DNA of 64,000 nucleotides from a virus, in the IMG/VR virus record IMGVR_UViG_3300042945_002173. The stretch is one strand, 5' to 3'. This document shows, one piece after another, positions 56,994 to 64,000 of this stretch. Position numbers and translations under genes: made by a program. Within the stretch, counting starts at the first letter, position 1, and each line of letters begins with the position of its first letter. The notes beneath the pieces are model-generated. The model worked only from the letters and a program-made list of their open reading frames with translations, was not told the origin of the DNA and searched no databases.

Positions 56994-58359
56994 GACAACT
57001 ATTCTCAGAAATCTTGTATTTAATGAAAATTATTCACGAAAGGTAATTCCTTTTATACAACCTAATTATTTTGAGCAAAGAACTGAAAAAGTAGTCTTTC
57101 AGGAAATAGTAAACTTCATTGTTAAGTATGGTTCTGCAATTACGGTTGAAGCACTTAATATTGAAGTAGAAAATAGAACTGATCTTTCAGATGGAGAAAT
57201 CAAAGATATTCGTGAAATTACAAAATCTTTAAACGATTCTCCTGTTGATTCTCAGTGGTTACTTGATACCACCGAAAAGTGGTGCCGAGATCGTGCCATT
57301 TATTTGGCACTTATGGAATCAATTCATATTGCAGATGGTGAAGATGAAAAGAAAAATCGTGATGCAATTCCATCAATTCTTTCTAATGCACTAGCAGTAT
57401 CTTTTGATAACCATATTGGACACGATTATCTTCAAGATTATGAAGAACGATACGACTCTTATCACAGGAAAGAAAATCGCATTCCTTTTGACATTGAGTA
57501 TTTTAACAAGATTACAAAAGGTGGTCTTCCTAATAAGACTCTCAACATCGCTCTTGCTGGGACAGGTGTTGGTAAGTCTCTTTTCATGTGTCATATGGCT
57601 AGCGCCTGTGTGCTTGACGGACGTAATGTGCTTTACATTACAATGGAGATGGCAGAGGAGAAAATTGCTGAGCGTATTGATGCAAACCTTCTCAATGTTC
57701 CGATTCAACAACTGGTAGATCTTCCTCGTCAGATGTTTGAAACTAAGGTTACAAACATTTCGAAGAAAACTCAGGGAACTTTAATTATTAAAGAGTATCC
57801 CACTGCTTCTGCACATAGTGGTCACTTTAAGGCACTTCTCAACGAGTTGTCCTTGAAGAAATCATTCAAACCAGATATTATTTTTATTGATTATCTGAAT
57901 ATTTGTGCTTCTAGTAGGTATAAGTCTAATCTTTCTGTCAATTCTTATTCTTATATTAAAGCAATCGCAGAAGAACTTAGGGGTCTTGCTGTAGAATTTA
58001 ATGTTCCTATTGTATCTGCCACTCAAACTACTCGCTCAGGTTATGGTAATTCTGACGTCGAACTCACTGATACTTCTGAGTCCTTTGGTCTTCCTGCTAC
58101 TGCCGATCTTATGTTTGCTCTTATCAGCACGGAAGAATTAGAGCAACTTGGTCAAATTATGGTGAAACAATTGAAGAATCGCTATAATGATCCAACTATT
58201 TACAAGCGTTTTATTGTAGGCATTGACCGTGCCAAAATGCGTCTTTATGATTGTGAACAAACTGCTCAAAAAGACATACTTGACAGTGGGCAGGATGAAG
58301 AGTATAATGATTATGAAGACAAGAAACCTAAAAAATCATTTGAAGGATTTAAATTTTAA
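56980..58359 (+). CDS. g41: replicative helicase gp41
   Basis: LAGTGVGKS, IDYLNIC, SATQTTR, SESFGLP, KQLKNRY. Confidence 0.97.
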   Translation: MERIETTILRNLVFNENYSRKVIPFIQPNYFEQRTEKVVFQEIVNFIVKYGSAITVEALNIEVENRTDLSDGEIKDIREITKSLNDSPVDSQWLLDTTEKWCRDRAIYLALMESIHIADGEDEKKNRDAIPSILSNALAVSFDNHIGHDYLQDYEERYDSYHRKENRIPFDIEYFNKITKGGLPNKTLNIALAGTGVGKSLFMCHMASACVLDGRNVLYITMEMAEEKIAERIDANLLNVPIQQLVDLPRQMFETKVTNISKKTQGTLIIKEYPTASAHSGHFKALLNELSLKKSFKPDIIFIDYLNICASSRYKSNLSVNSYSYIKAIAEELRGLAVEFNVPIVSATQTTRSGYGNSDVELTDTSESFGLPATADLMFALISTEELEQLGQIMVKQLKNRYNDPTIYKRFIVGIDRAKMRLYDCEQTAQKDILDSGQDEEYNDYEDKKPKKSFEGFKF

Positions 58360-58775
58360 TGGAAACTATTAAGCACGTTGATTTTGATAAGTATGCAGAG
58401 TTTGTGGATGCTGTAACTTCTGATGCATCCAAAGACTTTCTTGCTCTTTCTGACCGTTTGGTCGCTCTTGATGAAAAGGGTGCAAATATTGAGCGTCTTT
58501 TGACCGCTTCTGTTGGTATCAATGCCGAAGGTGGTGAGTTTATGGAAATTGTTAAAAAAATGATCTTCCAGGGTAAACCCTATAATGAAGACAATCGTGA
58601 GCACCTGATTATTGAACTGGGTGATATTATGTGGTATGTTGCTCAGGCGTGTATGGCACTTGATGTGACCCTTGATGATGTGGTTGCTCGTAATGTACAA
58701 AAACTTCTGAAGCGTTATCCTGAGGGTGCTTTTGATGTTTACTTCTCCGAAAACCGTTCTGCTGACGACCGATGA
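58359..58775 (+). CDS. mazG: MazG-like nucleotide pyrophosphohydrolase
   Basis: EGGEFMEIVKK, ELGDIMWY, N..KL.KRYP. Confidence 0.92.
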   Translation: METIKHVDFDKYAEFVDAVTSDASKDFLALSDRLVALDEKGANIERLLTASVGINAEGGEFMEIVKKMIFQGKPYNEDNREHLIIELGDIMWYVAQACMALDVTLDDVVARNVQKLLKRYPEGAFDVYFSENRSADDR

Positions 58776-58957
58776 GTAAAGAAAAGAAAGTAACAATCAA
58801 AATGGATTCTCGTTGTGCAGCAGCAGTTCGTCAAGTTCTATTTGAATCGCAAGTAGGATATACCTATGATGAAGGAAGTGTTCCTCCTCGTATTTCTGAT
58901 ATTCGAACTGTGATTCAAGATATTGATGATAATCTTGCTTCTGTTTTGGGAGTCTAA
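58772..58957 (+). CDS. hypothetical protein
   Basis: 61-aa ORF with ATGA overlap. Confidence 0.65.
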   Translation: MSKEKKVTIKMDSRCAAAVRQVLFESQVGYTYDEGSVPPRISDIRTVIQDIDDNLASVLGV

Positions 58958-58960
58958 ATA
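58954..58960 (+). promoter_or_regulatory. late promoter CTAAATA upstream of tRNAs
   Basis: TAAATA core followed by a C(UUCG)G hairpin and then tRNA-Ala. Confidence 0.55.
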
Positions 58961-58981
58961 AATGACCCTTCGGGGTTTCTT

Positions 58982-59054
58982 GGGGAATTAGCTCAGTTGG
59001 TAGAGCGCCTGCTTTGCAAGCAGGATGTCAGCGGTTCGAGTCCGCTATTCTCCA
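58982..59054 (+). tRNA. trnA: tRNA-Ala(TGC)
   Basis: Acceptor GGGGAAT/ATTCTCC with G3:U70, anticodon arm CCTGC-TTTGCAA-GCAGG, GGTTCGAGTCC T-arm; no encoded CCA. Confidence 0.97.
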
Positions 59055-59057
59055 CTT

Positions 59058-59139
59058 GCCCAAATGGCGGAATTGGTAGACGCGCTGGGTTTAGGTTCCA
59101 GTAGAGTATTCTGTGGAGGTTCAAGTCCTCTTTTGGGCA
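59058..59139 (+). tRNA. trnL: tRNA-Leu(TAG)
   Basis: Acceptor GCCCAAA/TTTGGGC, anticodon arm CTGGG-TTTAGGT-TCCAG, long variable arm, GGTTCAAGTCC; no encoded CCA. Confidence 0.93.
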
Positions 59140-59146
59140 CTAAATA
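59140..59146 (+). promoter_or_regulatory. late promoter CTAAATA
   Basis: Immediately after tRNA-Leu, 8 nt before ATG 59155. Confidence 0.55.
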
Positions 59147-59154
59147 TTTCAAAA

Positions 59155-60411
59155 ATGGCAAGTTCTGGTATATTAAACTTCCAGAGAAACTGGCAAGGAA
59201 GTGATCACCAAACTACTGTAAAAAAGACTGTTAGTGTGTTTACTAAGAACGATTCTGGTTCTTTTCAAGCAGCAGGTGCTTTATCACCAGGAACAGAGGT
59301 AACTTATATTGATTCACTAACTGAAAATCATTTAAGAGCAGCATTCAGAACTGCCGATGGTATTGTTTATTATGGAAATGTTGATTATTTTGTTAAACCA
59401 AATTCTTTTCAGGCGCAGGCAATAAGATTGACCCCATCGAGTTTCGGATTAGCAAATCAAACATTTTTTTCAAGTGTTGACTATTATAATAGTATAATTT
59501 CCGCATTAAATTCTAGGAATGATATTCCTGGTGAATTATTTGATTATCTTTATGAATTATTAGATTATGCCTATCAAGGTTATGGTAATTATAATGGTAT
59601 AAAAATGGATAATTTTCCTTGGGGTCCATTGCAAAATTCTTTTGGAGAAGTGATTGGGGCACTATCTTGTGCTAGAAACAGAGATGGTATATTGAGTGGA
59701 ATAGTAAATACTGCTGGTTTGGGTGGAGCATCGATTTATATAGCTCCTGAGAGTGGAACGCTATATGATTATAAATTAATAGTTGGTAATGATGAATATT
59801 TGATATCTGCTAAGTCTGCAAGAGGTGTTTCTAACCAGGTTAAACCTCAATTCGTTATTCCTTATATTACAGAATATAATTTAACTTCAACGACTGAGTA
59901 TAGAGTTCTTCAATCACTGGCAGATGAGAGGGGTAGAAAGTCCACCGTACACGGTCCTTTTTACACTTGGAGAATTATTCAAAGTAACAATGAGATAACT
60001 GATGCTTGTATTGCTGATATAAACGCAAATTATACAAGTGGACCACAATCAAATAAAAAGATATCTGATCCTTCTATTTGGCAGAATTTTGTGAATATAC
60101 ATATTCCTTCTAAAAAAAGTAAATCAAATATAAAAAATGTTACCTATGGTGAAATTAGATATCAATGCGAACAATCTATTGAAAGTTGGTCAAAGAGTGG
60201 AACACAAAATAGGGTCTTGAAAGAAATATTTGAAGTTTTTTTGAACAAATCTAGAGTAATCTATGCTAAACTGGATTTGAACAGGACAACTGGAAGACCA
60301 ACATTTACCGCTTCTGCTGGTGGTGGGACATCTTTGGTAAGAAACCTTTATTTAAGAACATCTAACTATGCGACAAGAACAGACGATAGAATTGGTTTTC
60401 AGGTAAGTTAA
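59155..60411 (+). CDS. hypothetical protein (possible nuclease-like domain)
   Basis: Track start 59113 lies inside tRNA-Leu, so ATG 59155 is preferred; GEVIG...YDY........ISAK motif. Confidence 0.65.
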   Translation: MASSGILNFQRNWQGSDHQTTVKKTVSVFTKNDSGSFQAAGALSPGTEVTYIDSLTENHLRAAFRTADGIVYYGNVDYFVKPNSFQAQAIRLTPSSFGLANQTFFSSVDYYNSIISALNSRNDIPGELFDYLYELLDYAYQGYGNYNGIKMDNFPWGPLQNSFGEVIGALSCARNRDGILSGIVNTAGLGGASIYIAPESGTLYDYKLIVGNDEYLISAKSARGVSNQVKPQFVIPYITEYNLTSTTEYRVLQSLADERGRKSTVHGPFYTWRIIQSNNEITDACIADINANYTSGPQSNKKISDPSIWQNFVNIHIPSKKSKSNIKNVTYGEIRYQCEQSIESWSKSGTQNRVLKEIFEVFLNKSRVIYAKLDLNRTTGRPTFTASAGGGTSLVRNLYLRTSNYATRTDDRIGFQVS

Positions 60412-60627
60412 ATGGATAAAAATATTCAAGGTTTTATCAAAGAGTTTAAAGGTAAAGAGTTTAAAGACTTTGTATTATTTGTATTTAAAAAAATGCAAAA
60501 AGATATTGATTTAAAAAAGAAAAAGCAGGATAAGGATAAATATATAAAGGTCAGACAAAATTTTTTAAATTATATTATTGCAAACGAAAAAGCAATAACT
60601 ATTGAACTCAATAAGAAATATAAGTAA
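60412..60627 (+). CDS. small Lys-rich hypothetical protein
   Basis: 71-aa ORF abutting both neighbours. Confidence 0.55.
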   Translation: MDKNIQGFIKEFKGKEFKDFVLFVFKKMQKDIDLKKKKQDKDKYIKVRQNFLNYIIANEKAITIELNKKYK

Positions 60628-61856
60628 TGAAAAGTTTTTTCCAATTTTTAACAGAAACAACTGCTTCCCAACAGGCAGCAAGACTTGGGTTGCAAGGTGA
60701 TGGGCACGGCGGATGGTATGATAGAAAAACGGGAGAGTTTGTCGCAAAGACTGAAAAAGGTAGGTTGAAGTTTTATAATAAGCGTCAAGGAATTGGTAAA
60801 GATCCTGCTCAGACAGAGACTGAAAAGAATATCTCAGATCCAAATTTTGTAGATCCCGTATTACAACAACAGCAAGCACCTGCTCCTCAACCAGTTGCTC
60901 AGGAAGCACCACCTGTAAATTTCCTTCCTGTTGAAAAGACAAAAGGAACATTAACGATTGCATTTGGTCGTTTCAATCCTCCACATCTGGGACATCTTCA
61001 ACTGATGGATACTGCTGCTGCATCGGCAGAGCAAGAAGGTAGTGACTATATGATTATTCCTTCTCGTACACAAGATAAGAAAAAGAATCCCCTTGATGCT
61101 GATACAAAAGTTGCATTGATGAGATCAATGTTCCCTCAGCATAGTGAGAGAATTGTAAATGATGCCAACACCAGAACTATTTTTGATGTTCTTAAAAAAG
61201 CACATAATGATGGATATACGAATGTGAGAATCGTTGGTGGTGCCGATAGAGTGAATGAATTTAACAAACTTGCCAATAATTACAATGGAAATCTTTATGC
61301 CTTTGATAATATTGAGGTAGTTTCTGCTGGTGACCGAGATCCAGACTCTGATGGTGTTGAAGGTCTTTCTGCATCCAGAATGCGTCTTGCTGCTGCTGAA
61401 GGTGATTTCAAAACATTTCGTTTAGGAATGCCACCAGATATGAGACCAAAAGATGCAAGAGCAGTTTTTGATACTGTTCGTGCTGCAATGGGCATTCAAG
61501 ATCAGGTTGCAGAAGTTTGGGAGATTGCACCTAAGTTTGATCAGGGTACTTTGCGCGAAAACTATGTTAGAGAAGCAATCTTTAAGATTGGGCAGTTGGT
61601 TGAGAATCTAAATACTGGTCTTATTGGACGCATTATACGTCGTGGAACTAATTACTTGATCTGTGTCACAGAAGACCATATTATGTTTAAGTCTTGGATT
61701 AAGGATGTGATGGAAGCAAAACTTACAAATAGAAGTGGTGTTCCTGCTGATCAAAGACTTGTTGGAACTGATGCATATCGTGAATATGTTGAGACGATGG
61801 TTCCTGGACGTACTTGGGGAAGACAATTCATAAATAAGTATAGAAAAAGTAAGTAA
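60627..61856 (+). CDS. cytidylyltransferase-like (HxGH) nucleotidyltransferase with CTS-like N-terminus
   Basis: FGRFNPPHLGH, KNPL, VGGADR, SASRMR motifs; starts MKSFFQFLTE. Confidence 0.85.
   Translation: MKSFFQFLTETTASQQAARLGLQGDGHGGWYDRKTGEFVAKTEKGRLKFYNKRQGIGKDPAQTETEKNISDPNFVDPVLQQQQAPAPQPVAQEAPPVNFLPVEKTKGTLTIAFGRFNPPHLGHLQLMDTAAASAEQEGSDYMIIPSRTQDKKKNPLDADTKVALMRSMFPQHSERIVNDANTRTIFDVLKKAHNDGYTNVRIVGGADRVNEFNKLANNYNGNLYAFDNIEVVSAGDRDPDSDGVEGLSASRMRLAAAEGDFKTFRLGMPPDMRPKDARAVFDTVRAAMGIQDQVAEVWEIAPKFDQGTLRENYVREAIFKIGQLVENLNTGLIGRIIRRGTNYLICVTEDHIMFKSWIKDVMEAKLTNRSGVPADQRLVGTDAYREYVETMVPGRTWGRQFINKYRKSK
61829..61836 (+). promoter_or_regulatory. late promoter CATAAATA
   Basis: 34 nt upstream of ATG 61871. 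Confidence 0.7.
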
Positions 61857-61870
61857 TCAATCTTTCCCCA

Positions 61871-63862
61871 ATGAGTAACAATATTTTTGAGGAACTTCCA
61901 TCCAGAAAAGGTGGTGAAGCAAAACCTGGTGCAGATGCTGCTGCTGGCATTGAAAAGAAGGCAAGACAGCTTGTTTATGATTCTCGTTATGAAGTTAAAA
62001 AAATGTTAGCAGGTAAAAGAGCGGATCCTGCATCGCAAGAAAGAATGGTTCTTGGAAGAATTGCTAAATCAACTGCAATTCCTGCTGTAAAGGCAAGAGC
62101 AAGACAAATGGTTTCTAAGAAAGCCGCTGTTGCGGAAGATTTTATTCCTATGATGGAAGATGCTGCTGCAATTAATATTGCAAATGCAATGTTTAAGGTT
62201 TTTGTTGAGGGTGTTGAAGAAATTGTTCCAGATTACTTAGAGGAACTGCACGGACTAGACGACAAGAAATATAAGATTAGAGTTACAGATCCTAAGACTG
62301 GAAACTCTTATGTCAGATATGGAACTCGTGAAAAAATCACTCAACTTAGATCAAAAGGTCTGAAAGTTGAACTCACCGAGTATGGTGAACCAAGAGAGGG
62401 AGAAAAAAAGAGAGGTGAAGAAACTGCACGTGCTACCGGTGGTGGACGCCCTGGTGGTAAAAAACCAAAACTAGATCCAGTTGGCAAGGAAGATAGTGAT
62501 CCAGACAATGATGGTAAGCATAATGATCCAAATGACAAGTACATTATGAAGCGTCGTGCTGCAATTGGTGCTGCCATTGAGAAGAGAAAGACAGTTTCTT
62601 CTTCTTATGAAATGGATGGGCAGATGATTGATGAGAGTGAAATTGGTGATAGAGCAAGAAGAGTTGTTCGTGATCAGCGTCAAGGAGTTCATGGTGATGC
62701 TGATGATATCAAACAAAATATGGATGCGATTAATCTAAATCTTTTGAAGATGAGACCATATGGAGTTAAAGGATTTCCATCTGTTAAAAAGGACACTAAA
62801 AAAACTACACAAGTTGCTCATTTTGAACCAGAGGGTAAATTAGTCGAATCTAAAAAATCTAAGAAGCATAAAAAAACATCCGAACCACGCTGGCAAGATA
62901 GTGATGGTGATGGTAAATGGTATGAACCTGGTGAAGATGTAAAAAAAGAAGATTATCTGTGGGCTGAAGGAACTGATAGTACAGAAGGTCAAGGTAAGAA
63001 AATAAATCCAACCAAAGTTGACAATTATTCTTCTGGTGTTGTTAAAATTTCTCCAGAAGATGGAACTCAAACTATTTCAACTGGACCAAAAGCAGTTTAT
63101 GCACATACTGAACTTGAAGGTGAACTGATTTCTGAAAAAGCAATGAGTAAAGCACAACAGCGTTTTATGGGAATGGTTTATGCCCGTAAAAAGGGTGAGA
63201 TGAAAAAAGGTGAGGCATCACCTGAGGTTGAAGCAGCAGCAAAAGGTATGACCAAGAAAGAAGCAAAGAAATTTGCTAAGACAAAGCACAAGGGTCTTCC
63301 TGAAAAGATTGAAGAATCTGGATATTTTCCATCTAAAGAGTCTCAGAGAGCAGATGAGAAAAAGTATGCATTAAGTCGTGATGGTATGCCAGGACAAGTA
63401 AAACACAGAACAGTCAAAAATCAGACTAAGGTTAATGAAGAGCAGTGCTCATCCGAAGACGAAAAGAAGAAGGACACTCGTGGCGATTATGCAAAGATTA
63501 ACTTGATCAAGAATAAGTTGAGGGCGATGGGTGCTAAGAATCCAATCGTAATGGTTGCTAATGAGAATGTTGAGGCAGGTCCAATTCTTCCTGGTGAAAA
63601 AGGTAAGAGAGTTTATCCAAAGGGCCAAGAACCAAAGGCAACTGGTGCAAAACTTCCCCCCCTTCAAAATGCTGGTTTTGAACCAACAGGTAATGTAATT
63701 TCTGAAAGAGATGATGAACCAGGTGAAGAGGATTGGAGACCAGATGTTCGTGCTCATAATAAAGCAGTAGGATATCGTGGTGGGTATAATAAGTATAGGG
63801 GAACTCGTAAACCAAAACCAGAAAATCCTGGACCTGGATCACAAGCTAAACCAGCAGATTGA
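61871..63862 (+). CDS. modular charged protein, putative protease-processed internal-head polyprotein
   Basis: Four [HSG][YFT]E.xGxx[LIV]xE linkers shared with the 17011 ORF; DPVGKED.D.DNDG, WQDSDGDG and SKAQQRFMGMV modules. Confidence 0.6.
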   Translation: MSNNIFEELPSRKGGEAKPGADAAAGIEKKARQLVYDSRYEVKKMLAGKRADPASQERMVLGRIAKSTAIPAVKARARQMVSKKAAVAEDFIPMMEDAAAINIANAMFKVFVEGVEEIVPDYLEELHGLDDKKYKIRVTDPKTGNSYVRYGTREKITQLRSKGLKVELTEYGEPREGEKKRGEETARATGGGRPGGKKPKLDPVGKEDSDPDNDGKHNDPNDKYIMKRRAAIGAAIEKRKTVSSSYEMDGQMIDESEIGDRARRVVRDQRQGVHGDADDIKQNMDAINLNLLKMRPYGVKGFPSVKKDTKKTTQVAHFEPEGKLVESKKSKKHKKTSEPRWQDSDGDGKWYEPGEDVKKEDYLWAEGTDSTEGQGKKINPTKVDNYSSGVVKISPEDGTQTISTGPKAVYAHTELEGELISEKAMSKAQQRFMGMVYARKKGEMKKGEASPEVEAAAKGMTKKEAKKFAKTKHKGLPEKIEESGYFPSKESQRADEKKYALSRDGMPGQVKHRTVKNQTKVNEEQCSSEDEKKKDTRGDYAKINLIKNKLRAMGAKNPIVMVANENVEAGPILPGEKGKRVYPKGQEPKATGAKLPPLQNAGFEPTGNVISERDDEPGEEDWRPDVRAHNKAVGYRGGYNKYRGTRKPKPENPGPGSQAKPAD

Positions 63863-63868
63863 TAAATA
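63861..63868 (+). promoter_or_regulatory. late promoter GATAAATA
   Basis: Upstream of ATG 63899, which has a GGAGG SD. Confidence 0.65.
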
Positions 63869-63898
63869 AGCCAGGACACTCTTCGCACGGAGGCCATT

Positions 63899-64000
63899 AT
63901 GGGCGCAGTAGTAGCAGTGGTAAAACCACTTCTGATTCAGATTGCGACACACCCAGCAGTTAAAAATCTTGTTGTTGAACTTTTAACTAAGTATGTAAAA
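63899..64000 (+). CDS. hypothetical protein, 5' part (runs off window)
   Basis: GGAGG SD; MGAVVAVVKPLLIQIATHPAVKNLVVELLTKYVK... Confidence 0.65.
   Translation, partial: MGAVVAVVKPLLIQIATHPAVKNLVVELLTKYVK

Noticed and set aside
20462-58359. Inteins or introns in g17, g20, g23, g43, uvsX, g41
   Set aside because: All have ordinary lengths and contiguous motifs
59113-59154. N-terminal extension of the 432-aa ORF
   Set aside because: Starts at a GTG inside tRNA-Leu; ATG 59155 after the late promoter is more plausible
1-64000. CRISPR array or diversity-generating retroelement
   Set aside because: No regularly spaced direct repeats, and no reverse transcriptase or TR/VR pair seen by eye

Overview
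AT-rich, entirely + strand-coded segment of a T4-like cyanophage (cyanomyovirus) genome. It runs through baseplate genes (g7 3' end, g8, a 2540-aa VrlC-like protein), neck/tail/packaging/head genes (g13-g23, g3), recombination and replication genes (uvsY, uvsW, g55, g47/g46, g45/g44/g62, regA, g43, uvsX, g41), typical cyanophage accessory genes (cobS plus its vWA partner, hsp20, dam, mazG, a 2OG-Fe(II) oxygenase, a cytidylyltransferase), a GIY-YIG homing endonuclease and two tRNAs (Ala-TGC, Leu-TAG). T4 late promoters (N-A/C-TAAATA) precede the structural cassettes. The most striking unexplained structure is a dispersed set of about ten late-expressed accessory genes that look like a capsid-cargo/polyprotein system. 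(i) Four proteins begin with a T4 internal-protein-like capsid targeting sequence (MK[TS]FxxFxxE), including an RlpA-type lytic transglycosylase and an HxGH nucleotidyltransferase. (ii) Two large 'bead-on-a-string' proteins have small basic modules joined by a recurring [HSG][YFT]E[PML]xGxx[LIV]xE linker that ends in a gp21-protease-like site. (iii) A family built on an 'HLxxEG[YF]A..MSExW' module occurs both standalone next to g23 and as a constant region flanking variable cargo. All calls come from reading the sequence and recalled family motifs; no database searches were run.
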